Shown here piece after piece: positions 1 through 8,308 of a stretch of DNA of 32,000 nt. Each line of letters opens with the position of its first letter. Positions within the stretch are counted from its first letter, which is position 1. The notes beneath the pieces are model-generated. The model was not told the DNA's origin and did not search any database. It saw only the letters and a program-made list of their open reading frames with translations. Source of the DNA: Erysipelotrichaceae bacterium MTC7 (GTDB lineage: Bacteria > Bacillota_I > Bacilli_A > Erysipelotrichales > Erysipelotrichaceae); assembly GCA_001695645.1 (NCBI GenBank), contig LVZN01000015.1:1-32000 (forward strand). Reading direction: 5' to 3'. The translations under genes were made by a program, and so were the position numbers.

Positions 1-20
1 TTTCACAAATAAATTATACC

Positions 21-62
21 AAAAATAACGCCTATTCTCTTACGAGTTTAGGCGTTATTTTT
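21..62. terminator. Bidirectional rho-independent terminator hairpin
   Basis: Perfect 13-nt inverted repeat AAAAATAACGCCT (21-33) / AGGCGTTATTTTT (50-62) with a 16-nt loop. An A-run and a T-run flank it. It lies just downstream of the minus-strand operon that ends at 103. Confidence 0.7.
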
Positions 63-102
63 ATGATTTGAAGCTGTACTAAGTGTCACAGCCCCTTTTC
101 TT

Positions 103-708
103 TTAATTTGAACCTGTCATATGAATATTAGATTGTTCAAAGAAATAACTCGCCTTTATTTCATCACCCTTATTTTCATATTGCTTTGCTAGTAAATATT
201 CAATACTTGCTTTAGCATAATCATCTTGAAGCTCAATTTGTTGCTCCATTTCATCAATATAAGAAAAATCATTTTCCATAAATATCTTGTAGATGCATTG
301 TGCTTCATTCATAATTTTCTCATTTCTATTATTACGAATATAATCCAAAACCTGTTGTGATTTTTCTTTATTCTCGATACTGACATAATAATTAATGGCT
401 TTTAAACAAAGATCTTCTTGTTGATTGGTTGTTAATCGCTTTTGAAACATCTTTGCAAATTGCTCGTCAATACGAACCTCATCATTTCTCATCAAATAAG
501 AACTTAGCATTAAATAGTCTAAATTAAATCTAGGGAAGATAAACAAAACGATTTTGTTGCTAGCTTGTTGATCGAAGTCATCAAATTGATTATTTACGAC
601 ATAATCAACAAGTTGAATCGATTTTCTTCGTATATAGATCATTTGCACAATTTTCATCAAAATTGTAATTCCAACCAAACCTATAAATAGTATCATTGCG
701 TAATTCAT
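103..708 (-). CDS. Hypothetical single-pass membrane-anchored protein (201 aa), helical soluble domain
   Basis: ORF with SD GTAAGGAGAAG 6-7 nt before the ATG, 19 nt after the upstream gene's stop. The N-terminus AMILFIGLVGITILMKIV followed by RRK looks like a TM anchor. I recognised no family motif. Confidence 0.55.
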   Translation of the reverse strand: MNYAMILFIGLVGITILMKIVQMIYIRRKSIQLVDYVVNNQFDDFDQQASNKIVLFIFPRFNLDYLMLSSYLMRNDEVRIDEQFAKMFQKRLTTNQQEDLCLKAINYYVSIENKEKSQQVLDYIRNNRNEKIMNEAQCIYKIFMENDFSYIDEMEQQIELQDDYAKASIEYLLAKQYENKGDEIKASYFFEQSNIHMTGSN

Positions 709-727
709 ATATCTTCTCCTTACATTT

Positions 728-1804
728 TTATATTTCGGTGTCTTCTAAATAGATGCTTTTCAACACTTCAATCTGTTCATCATCAATATGCAAAACATCT
801 TTAGCATATGCACAGATAGAACCGTAATCATTTTTAATTCGTTTCATTGATGCTTGGATATAAATATCCTTTGTATCAAACAATGAAAACATATAATCTG
901 CAACTTTTATGTCACCTTCAGCCATTTTTAAGAAATTTTCATAGTAACGTTTTGATTTCTCTTCTCTTGCTTTTCTTGTGAGTAGATAATCGTAAACCAT
1001 GTCATTTTCTGATACTCCAAGAATTCCTTCAAGAAGCATTAAGCCAAATCCCGTTCGATCTTTACCACCCCTACAGTGTTGCAAACTTGGTGCATGACTT
1101 TCATTCGCAAGGACACTTAATGCTTTACTAAATGCTTCTTGTGCTCTTGGCTCACTAACAAATGATAACTGTTGGCGAACCATATTCTCATCACCGTTCT
1201 CAATCCCATTGGCGATTTGCTTTCTTGCATGATCTACCATATGTTCTCTTGAACCATCTGCACTCTCACCAGACTGCAAAGCTCCTGCCATTTCGGCAAT
1301 ACTTGCATTTGGGTTGCAAACAAAAGTTTCATTTTCTCCAATATTTTTGTTTGGTGATTGTTCAATTTCATCAGGACTTCGGTAATCGATAATTGTTTTA
1401 ATTTTCAAATTTTTAATATACTCCATACTACTTTCTTGCACTTGAATTAAGTAGTCTGATCGAAAACCAACTCCCCATTTAATTCGTTTCCCATCACTTG
1501 TTTTATATCCACCAATATCTCTTAGGTTGTACAAACCATCAACTGGCAGAATACGGTAAGAAAATAACAATGATGCATTTTCGTATTCGAATATGAAATA
1601 GGTTCTCTTTTCTTTACTGTATTGAAAATCAAAAATCAGATCTTTTTCATTGCTGGTTAATAGGTATTCTTTATTGGTTGTGTGAACATCATTTTCAAAC
1701 GTCCAATACAATTTATACATAGTTAGTTCATCATTGGTATGTATATGTAATTGATTTTTTGTATCATCAATGAAAAATACTTCAATTAATTCTATATTCG
1801 CCAT
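728..1804 (-). CDS. Protein-tyrosine-phosphatase-like (CX5R, PF13350-type) protein with an extra ~85-aa N-terminal domain
   Basis: Active-site loop H-C-R-G-G-K-D-R-T-G (nt 1078-1049) matches the HCxxGKDRTG signature. NLRDIGGY...GKRIKWG..FRS matches the family N-terminus. The ATG (1804-1802) overlaps the PTS IIB stop (1806-1804) as TAATG. Confidence 0.75.
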   Translation of the reverse strand: MANIELIEVFFIDDTKNQLHIHTNDELTMYKLYWTFENDVHTTNKEYLLTSNEKDLIFDFQYSKEKRTYFIFEYENASLLFSYRILPVDGLYNLRDIGGYKTSDGKRIKWGVGFRSDYLIQVQESSMEYIKNLKIKTIIDYRSPDEIEQSPNKNIGENETFVCNPNASIAEMAGALQSGESADGSREHMVDHARKQIANGIENGDENMVRQQLSFVSEPRAQEAFSKALSVLANESHAPSLQHCRGGKDRTGFGLMLLEGILGVSENDMVYDYLLTRKAREEKSKRYYENFLKMAEGDIKVADYMFSLFDTKDIYIQASMKRIKNDYGSICAYAKDVLHIDDEQIEVLKSIYLEDTEI

Positions 1805-2301
1805 TATCCATTACCTTTAAGTTCAGCAATGTATTTACGAATATCTTTTGGTGAATCATAAGCTGCTACTTGATAATTCACTTGTACTCCCATAGCAAAC
1901 AATTTATCAATTGCTGCAAACTCTTCTTCAGTAAAATGTAGATACGGTTCATATTGAATTGTGCGCTCTGCCCTTTTTCGCATTCCGCCAAAATTAACTT
2001 CCTTAATTGGAACTCCACTTTCAACCATGCGCAGTACACTATACGTGCTATCGGTTAAAAGAAATGTATCTTTTTTAATGGGGTTCTTACTGAATACATC
2101 GATAAACTTATCTACACTAAATAAATGTACCGTATACCCTGGTGCTGCCATTTTTAATACTTGACCTTGTACAGGATTTGCTGCTGCGTTATCACTTACG
2201 CAAATTATTTGTGGAGCACCAACAAATCCCAACCATGAACTAGCAACTTGTCCATGAATTAAACGATCATCAATACGAGTCGATACAATTGGCATTTTCA
2301 T
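1804..2301 (-). CDS. PTS mannose/sorbose-family EIIB component
   Basis: N-terminus MPIVSTRIDDRLIHGQV carries the conserved phospho-His motif of man-family IIB. SD AAGGAGGTGA precedes it. The second ATG at 2295 has better SD spacing and may be the true start. Confidence 0.9.
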   Translation of the reverse strand: MKMPIVSTRIDDRLIHGQVASSWLGFVGAPQIICVSDNAAANPVQGQVLKMAAPGYTVHLFSVDKFIDVFSKNPIKKDTFLLTDSTYSVLRMVESGVPIKEVNFGGMRKRAERTIQYEPYLHFTEEEFAAIDKLFAMGVQVNYQVAAYDSPKDIRKYIAELKGNG

Positions 2302-2710
2302 TCACCTCCTTTAGTCCTTTTGTTATGTCTGTTAATGAATTTGCATATGCATTTTCAACGACTGTTTTCGCTTCCGCTAATGTTTGTGGTTTTGTAAGCA
2401 ATAATTCAAGAAGAATGGGAATACTTAATCCGCTGTAGACTTGAACATTTTCTTTTATAAGAACCATATGACTAGCTATATTTGATGGTGTTCCACCAAA
2501 TATATCCGTTAAAATTAACGTTCCCTCATATTTTTCTTTACTACTATCCACTTTCGCACTCATTTCTTCAAGACATTCATCAAAGGAACGTCCCTCTGTT
2601 ACACTAACCACATCAACATTTTCTTGTTTGTGACCAATAATCATCTCTGCAGTATTCCGTGCTTCTTGTGCGAACAAACCATGACTTGATACTATAATAT
2701 GAATTTCCAT
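2270..2710 (-). CDS. PTS mannose/sorbose-family EIIA component
   Basis: MEIHIIVSSHGLFAQE is the typical IIA-Man N-terminus with the phosphorylatable His. The protein is 146 aa, and the start abuts the IID stop (2711). Confidence 0.85.
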   Translation of the reverse strand: MEIHIIVSSHGLFAQEARNTAEMIIGHKQENVDVVSVTEGRSFDECLEEMSAKVDSSKEKYEGTLILTDIFGGTPSNIASHMVLIKENVQVYSGLSIPILLELLLTKPQTLAEAKTVVENAYANSLTDITKGLKEVNENANCIDSY

Positions 2711-3577
2711 TTATACCAACACCCCATTCATAGCTAATATTGTTCCAACAATTAGAATTCCAAAAATCAGGAAAATCATATATTTTCTTGGTAGTTTTAA
2801 ATTCACTCGATAGAGAATAATAGTAAACACGAATGGTAGTAATTTCGGCAAGATACCATCCAATAATTCTTGAATGTTTACGACGGTTTCATCAATTGTA
2901 ATAACTGTACCAACATTAATCTTTACATAATTTCCAATCAATGCTCCCATAACAATAACCCCAACCATTGTGGCAATGTTAATAATCTTTTGCATTAATT
3001 TTGCTTGCTCACCACTGTTGATGAATTCAACACCTTTTTCATACCCCATTTTTAGACCATAGTATTTTACTGCAATGTTTATTCCATTATAGATTATGAA
3101 CATAAGAATTGGACCAAGAATGTTTCCATCCATCGCATAAACAGCTCCAATTGAACCTGCAATCGCCTGAATTGTGATTTTGAATACACTATCACCAATA
3201 CCAGCAAGTGGTCCCATCATTCCAGCTTTTACTGCAACAACTGCTTCTTTTTCATCTTCATTTGTTGATTCTTCAATTGCCGAAGAAATACCAAGAATCA
3301 TACCTGTCGCAGTGTTTTGTGATAGGAAGTACGTTAAGTGTCTTTGCATCGCTTTCACTCGTGCTTCTTTTGGTGCATCTTTATATAGTCTTTTTAGTAC
3401 AGGAACCATTGCAGTGTAAAATCCAATTGCTTGCATTCCTACACTTGTTGCTGTAATCCCTAAACCAAAGATTTGTAAGCGCCAATATACTTTATTAATA
3501 TCTGATTTTGTTAGTTTTGTATAGGAACCTTTTGCGTTCATTTTGTCATCTGACATAGTATTTACTTGTGCGCTCAT
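2711..3577 (-). CDS. PTS mannose/sorbose-family EIID component
   Basis: The N-terminal KLTKSDINKVYWR is IID-like and the body is polytopic and hydrophobic. Its position directly after IIC, with an ATGA start/stop overlap (3574-3577), fits a man-family operon. Confidence 0.9.
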   Translation of the reverse strand: MSAQVNTMSDDKMNAKGSYTKLTKSDINKVYWRLQIFGLGITATSVGMQAIGFYTAMVPVLKRLYKDAPKEARVKAMQRHLTYFLSQNTATGMILGISSAIEESTNEDEKEAVVAVKAGMMGPLAGIGDSVFKITIQAIAGSIGAVYAMDGNILGPILMFIIYNGINIAVKYYGLKMGYEKGVEFINSGEQAKLMQKIINIATMVGVIVMGALIGNYVKINVGTVITIDETVVNIQELLDGILPKLLPFVFTIILYRVNLKLPRKYMIFLIFGILIVGTILAMNGVLV

Positions 3578-4386
3578 AGATCATACTCCTCTTCTTCAAC
3601 TACACCTGCCACAGTTGATACCTTTGGCATTTCATCTTGTTTTGCTTTTATTTCCATAATCATGTCATAGATGATAGCAATAAATAATGAGAATAACGTA
3701 ACGGATAATACCGATTGTCCCATATATGTCGCTAGCACAAATCCAGAAATGAGAAATGGCCAGAAAATACCCTTCATCATCATTGTCATTAAAATTGATA
3801 ACCCAACCGCAGGCAATATACCAGAAGCAACACTTAATCCATTTAATACGTTTGTTGGAATTGCATTTAATGCAGAATCAACAATTGATGTTGAGAAATA
3901 CACTACAAGAAATGTTGGAACTGCACGAATCGCAAATTGTGCTAAAGAAGCAACAATGTTAATTTTCATAATTGAATCAAAATTTCCAGACAATGCTAAT
4001 CGATCCGCCCAAGGTGCAAATAATTGTTTTACCAAATTGTTGAATATTACCATTAATTGTTGAACCAGTACGGCAACGGTTGTTGCAGCAGCTACACCAG
4101 CCGCGATTGAAGCATCACTAGTACCTTCTCCTGTTTGTACAGTAACGACAACACCGACGATGGTTCCTATAATCATATCTGGGGTAACATAACCTGCCAT
4201 GTTTCCTAACCCCATCCACATAAGTTCTAATGTAGCTGACATTATTAGTGCTGATTGTAAGTCACCTAGAATAAGTCCTGCAATAGGACCAATAAGTAAT
4301 GGACGTCTAAACATTTGTGGACCTTGATCATCGAACGAACAAAATCCTGCCCATAACGCCAATAGAATTGCTTGTAGTAAGCTCAT
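3574..4386 (-). CDS. PTS mannose/sorbose-family EIIC component
   Basis: 270-aa polytopic membrane protein. MSLLQAILLALWAGFCSFDDQ is the typical IIC-Man N-terminus. SD AGAGGAGGAA lies upstream. Confidence 0.9.
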   Translation of the reverse strand: MSLLQAILLALWAGFCSFDDQGPQMFRRPLLIGPIAGLILGDLQSALIMSATLELMWMGLGNMAGYVTPDMIIGTIVGVVVTVQTGEGTSDASIAAGVAAATTVAVLVQQLMVIFNNLVKQLFAPWADRLALSGNFDSIMKINIVASLAQFAIRAVPTFLVVYFSTSIVDSALNAIPTNVLNGLSVASGILPAVGLSILMTMMMKGIFWPFLISGFVLATYMGQSVLSVTLFSLFIAIIYDMIMEIKAKQDEMPKVSTVAGVVEEEEYDL

Positions 4387-4499
4387 TATAATTCCTCCTC
4401 TTTCTTATGTCTTTACTTTACACTACTTTTTTGATTAAACAACTTCGTTTTATGACCTAAAATATACCTATTAATTACTATGATAAAATTGATTGAATA

Positions 4500-4528
4500 T
4501 TGACCAAAAATCTATGGGTAGTTATAAT
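4500..4528 (+). promoter_or_regulatory. Sigma-A-type promoter for the PRD-like regulator
   Basis: TTGACC (4500-4505), 17-nt spacer, TATAAT (4523-4528), about 35 nt upstream of the ATG at 4563. Confidence 0.6.
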
Positions 4529-4562
4529 GGTTCTATAGCAAGCATTTCGAAAGGACACTATT

Positions 4563-6479
4563 ATGCTAAACATTACATCAAGACAAATTCTCATATTAGG
4601 AAATTTGCTTTCACAAGAATTTACACGTATTGATTCATTAACTAAAAAATTAAAAATCTCTCACAATACATGTATTGGTGAAATAAAAGAAATCAATATC
4701 GCATTTCAAGATGCCAATATATTCTTTCATGTTAAAAACCATCATTCACAAGGGTATCGTATTGAATCCACTATACCCTTCGATACACAACAACATGCCT
4801 ACATTCAGAAACTACTAAATCATTGCATATCGTACAGTTCACTCAGTGTAAACCAAAGATTTATGGGAAATAGGCGAGTCTTGTGGTTGATTCGTTATTT
4901 CTTGCAATTGGAAGATAGTGCGAAGGCTATTGATATTGCACAAAAACTTTATATTAGTCTGGCAACATTAAACAAAGATTTACGTATTGTTAGAAACATA
5001 TTTTCAGCATACAACATCGAAATACAATCAATCCCCTATAAAGGAATGCAAGTCGTGGGACCACCTTGCGCAATCCGTAGTTGTATGATTGATACATGCG
5101 ATTTATACAATTATGAAGAACGTGATGTATTACCACAAACGTTTCTTGATGATTTTCATATAAGTCATTACCAATTCAATGAAAGCATTGAACATTTAAA
5201 ACAACACATTCACCAACACAAACTGTATCTAACGAGTTTGGGCTTTTATCGAATTTTACTTTATGTGCTCCTATACAAAAATCAAAACTTCACAACACAT
5301 TCAGATAACAATTCTAATGAATTACTAATTCCTGTAGATCAAGAAATTTTAGAATTTAGTAAATGTGTTTTAGGTAAACAATGCAGTTCGATTGAACTTA
5401 ACTATTTCTCCACTTTTGTGTTATGTAATATGGATTATGCGTCAATCAAACAAAGTTATATCCCCTATAAAGATTTCCTAATCCACCAGGTGTTAACAAC
5501 TATCGAAAATGGGGTTAAAGCTATTAGTGGTTTGGATTTACATTCTTGGGACAATCTTGATGGTTTCCTACATAAATTTATCTATCTACACCTTTTAAAG
5601 CGACACTATAAAATTTTAGATTTTTCCTACCCCAAAGAACAAAAGATTCGCTTTAGAAAACAAATCGCATCCTATTCATTAGCAAATTATATTTTTTATT
5701 TTCTTTCAACAGAGGAAGAAAGAAAACAAGCACACTCCTATTCCTTCTTTGATTTAATTGCTTCAATCGATGCAATAGCCCATGATGCACAAAATGAATA
5801 TTTACCTATGCGTTTTGGCATAACCTCAAAAATTGGCTACAACGGATATAAAGTTATTGGAAGTCGCTTATTATCATCACTACCAGTGCATCAAATTCAA
5901 TCCATTGAAATACTAAATATCCATCAATATCAATTAGATGAATTGGATTCATACAATCTTGATGCTTTGGTAGTTGATGAATCCATTGAAATTGATAGCA
6001 ACAATATTGATATCCCAATTTTTGTCACCAATGATGCAACGATTCAAACATCGCTAAGTCGCGAAAGTATCTGGAACAAAGTTGTTTCCAAAAAAAGAAA
6101 AATTCGGATCTTCGATCCATACCGTGAAGATGCAGTTATCATTAATGTCGAAACCCAAGAAATTCCAATTGAAGAAAGAATCATGAATACCTTCTATGAC
6201 TATGGGTTAGCAATTGACGATCCTGTAACCTTTAAAGAGATTCTTCACCAACAAATTTATGATGGACTTTATGGCAAACAAGAAGAAATAAAAATCATCA
6301 ATCTTTTTACTGATCAGGAAATTCAAAAACGCTATTTTGTCTTCAATCTTTTTGAACCAATTCAAATTGGCAACAATCATATTGGTATGATTAACTTTCT
6401 ATTCTCCGACTCTCGATATGGATTGATCATTATCAAAAATGGAGATTCAGAATTGCGAAGATATTTTAATGTACTATAA
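4563..6479 (+). CDS. PRD/Mga-like multidomain transcriptional regulator (HTH - HTH - PRD-like - EIIB/EIIA-like)
   Basis: 638 aa, divergent from the PTS operon. It has an N-terminal wHTH-like segment (SRQILILGNLLSQEFTRIDSLTKKLKISHNT) and a second HTH-like segment (AIDIAQKLYISLATLNKDLRIV). A PRD-like helix follows with LHLLKR. The length and layout match the LicR/MtlR/ManR class. I assigned domains by eye only. Confidence 0.55.
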   Translation: MLNITSRQILILGNLLSQEFTRIDSLTKKLKISHNTCIGEIKEINIAFQDANIFFHVKNHHSQGYRIESTIPFDTQQHAYIQKLLNHCISYSSLSVNQRFMGNRRVLWLIRYFLQLEDSAKAIDIAQKLYISLATLNKDLRIVRNIFSAYNIEIQSIPYKGMQVVGPPCAIRSCMIDTCDLYNYEERDVLPQTFLDDFHISHYQFNESIEHLKQHIHQHKLYLTSLGFYRILLYVLLYKNQNFTTHSDNNSNELLIPVDQEILEFSKCVLGKQCSSIELNYFSTFVLCNMDYASIKQSYIPYKDFLIHQVLTTIENGVKAISGLDLHSWDNLDGFLHKFIYLHLLKRHYKILDFSYPKEQKIRFRKQIASYSLANYIFYFLSTEEERKQAHSYSFFDLIASIDAIAHDAQNEYLPMRFGITSKIGYNGYKVIGSRLLSSLPVHQIQSIEILNIHQYQLDELDSYNLDALVVDESIEIDSNNIDIPIFVTNDATIQTSLSRESIWNKVVSKKRKIRIFDPYREDAVIINVETQEIPIEERIMNTFYDYGLAIDDPVTFKEILHQQIYDGLYGKQEEIKIINLFTDQEIQKRYFVFNLFEPIQIGNNHIGMINFLFSDSRYGLIIIKNGDSELRRYFNVL

Positions 6480-6482
6480 ATG

Positions 6483-6508
6483 AAGAGGCTATCCATTGAC
6501 AGCCTCTT
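6483..6508. terminator. Terminator hairpin between convergent genes
   Basis: AAGAGGCT (6483-6490) / AGCCTCTT (6501-6508) with a 10-nt loop, followed by TTTTCT on the plus strand. Confidence 0.6.
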
Positions 6509-6511
6509 TTT

Positions 6512-6970
6512 CTATTGAATATTTATGTTGATTTCACTTTTTTCGTTATAGGAATTGTTTTGAACTTCTACCTGTTTCTTGTTTGTGAATAGTACCATAA
6601 TTGTAGGGTCGATATCCTTCGATAAAAGAAATGGTAAATCAAATTCAACCAGTTTATCTCCTTGTTTCACCTTACTCCCATTATGTACATAGCTAGAAAA
6701 TCCTTCACCTTTCAAATTTACGGTATCAATACCAATATGAAGGAGAACTTCAACTCCATCTTGTAACGTCATACCTATTGCGTGTTTTGTTGGGAAGATA
6801 GCATCAATACTAGCATTGGCTGGTGCATAAAGTATACCCTTTATTGGTGTGATTGCAAAACCTGGCCCCATTGTTCCCGAAGAAAACACTGCATCATTTA
6901 CAGAAGCAAGATCAATAATCTCACCTTCACAAGGCATGATAAACTTTGCTTTTTTCTTGAAAAAAGCCAT
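6512..6970 (-). CDS. PTS glucose-family EIIA (EIIA-Glc / Crr-like)
   Basis: Contains LLHIGIDTVNLKGEGF and FPTKHAIG, the two conserved His regions of EIIA type 1. I prefer the ATG at 6970, with SD GGAG 7 nt upstream and a TAATG overlap with the GH4 stop. The ORF-track start at 6988 lacks an SD. Confidence 0.9.
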   Translation of the reverse strand: MAFFKKKAKFIMPCEGEIIDLASVNDAVFSSGTMGPGFAITPIKGILYAPANASIDAIFPTKHAIGMTLQDGVEVLLHIGIDTVNLKGEGFSSYVHNGSKVKQGDKLVEFDLPFLLSKDIDPTIMVLFTNKKQVEVQNNSYNEKSEININIQ

Positions 6971-8304
6971 TATTTCAACTCCGTCCAATAGCCTTTGTTA
7001 GCAACAATATAGTCATCCAACAACGCTTTCGCAACATCTGTATTAACAACTGTACGATTTAATACCAATGCTTTCATCGCTTTCATGTAGTTTCCTTCAA
7101 GTGCTGCCTCAGCTGTTAATTTTTCATATGCATGTTGGTTCTCAATCAACCCTTTGTAGAAAGTTGGTACTTCACCAACACTTATTGCTTCAACTCCATG
7201 AACCCCAACACGACAAGGAACTTCGACCATCATTTCAGGATCTAAGTTTGAACACGTTCCATTGTTCTTTGTCATAATTAAGAAAATCTCATTTGTATTA
7301 TTCGCCAGTGCAGTTGCTAAGTCTACAATATATTCTGCATGACAACCTGCATCTTCTTCTGGTTCATATTGCGTGCCTTTGATTTTACCGAGTTTCACAA
7401 CTTCACGCAAAGTATCGTATACTTCAATTTCATTTCCATCCATTACTTCATTTGCACGAGTATAGTTTGGATTTTGCTTTTCAAACATTTTCTTTGGATA
7501 TAAGTAATATTGTAAATACGTATTAGGTAGATACTCATCATAGTTATCAATCATCGTACTCATAAATTGGAAAGTTGCTTTCCATGAAGGTTCTTCAAAT
7601 AGTTTTTCCGTTTTGAAATCCTTTGGTGTGCGCAACATTTCACGTAGTTCTGGCAAATAATCATGACCCGTTTTTACATCATAAATGTTTGTAAACCACC
7701 CAAAGTGATTCAATCCGAAGTAACGTGGCTCAAAATCTTTACGTTTTTTTCCTAATATGTTTGCATACATATCCATAATCGCAATTGGCATATCACAGAT
7801 ATTAATAATTTTATAATCATCTGGGAATACTTGTTGCGTAGCTTGTGCAACGATCGCAGCAGGATTTGAATAATTTAGAATCCATGCATCTGGTGCATAT
7901 TTGCGAATATCCTTAATAATATCAATAACAGCTGGAACACTACGCATTCCGTAAGCAAAGCCTCCTGCTCCACAGGTTTCTTGCCCTAAGCAACCATGCT
8001 TAATCGCAATTTTTTCATCAGACTCACGCATTTCCAAACGTCCTGCACGAATTTGCATCAACGCAAAATCGATATCTGTATATGCAATTTTTGGATCAGT
8101 TGTATAAACAACTTCAACTCCAGGGTAGTATTCACTAAATAGAATTTCTGCATATTTCCCCACCAATTCTTGACGTTCCTCTTCATTATCATAAAAGATA
8201 ATTTTCTTTAAAGGGAAACGATCTTTTTGATTGCATAACATTGTTAGCATATCTGGAGTGTAACGACTTCCTCCACCAACGATACAAATCGAATATTTTC
8301 TCAT
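6970..8304 (-). CDS. glvA: GH4 6-phospho-alpha-glucosidase (maltose-6'-phosphate glucosidase type)
   Basis: N-terminal NAD fold MRKYSICIVGGGSRYTP. The CDMP motif (NICDMPIAI) is characteristic of the phospho-alpha-glucosidase branch of GH4. I placed the start at 8304 behind SD GGGAGGAG. The 14 upstream codons in the ORF track overlap the EIICB gene. Confidence 0.9.
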   Translation of the reverse strand: MRKYSICIVGGGSRYTPDMLTMLCNQKDRFPLKKIIFYDNEEERQELVGKYAEILFSEYYPGVEVVYTTDPKIAYTDIDFALMQIRAGRLEMRESDEKIAIKHGCLGQETCGAGGFAYGMRSVPAVIDIIKDIRKYAPDAWILNYSNPAAIVAQATQQVFPDDYKIINICDMPIAIMDMYANILGKKRKDFEPRYFGLNHFGWFTNIYDVKTGHDYLPELREMLRTPKDFKTEKLFEEPSWKATFQFMSTMIDNYDEYLPNTYLQYYLYPKKMFEKQNPNYTRANEVMDGNEIEVYDTLREVVKLGKIKGTQYEPEEDAGCHAEYIVDLATALANNTNEIFLIMTKNNGTCSNLDPEMMVEVPCRVGVHGVEAISVGEVPTFYKGLIENQHAYEKLTAEAALEGNYMKAMKALVLNRTVVNTDVAKALLDDYIVANKGYWTELK

Positions 8305-8308
8305 TTTC

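Noticed and set aside
3671-4063. 130-aa plus-strand ORF (and 3756-3962, 3174-3419, 3208-3456) antisense to the PTS IIC/IID genes
   Set aside because: These are shadow ORFs inside well-supported membrane-protein genes. Their sequences are low-complexity, and they have no SD or promoter.
4387-4562. Expected sigma-54 (-24/-12) promoter for the mannose-family PTS operon
   Set aside because: No TGGCA/TTGC-type element is present on either strand. I also could not pin down a convincing sigma-A promoter for the operon, so none is annotated.
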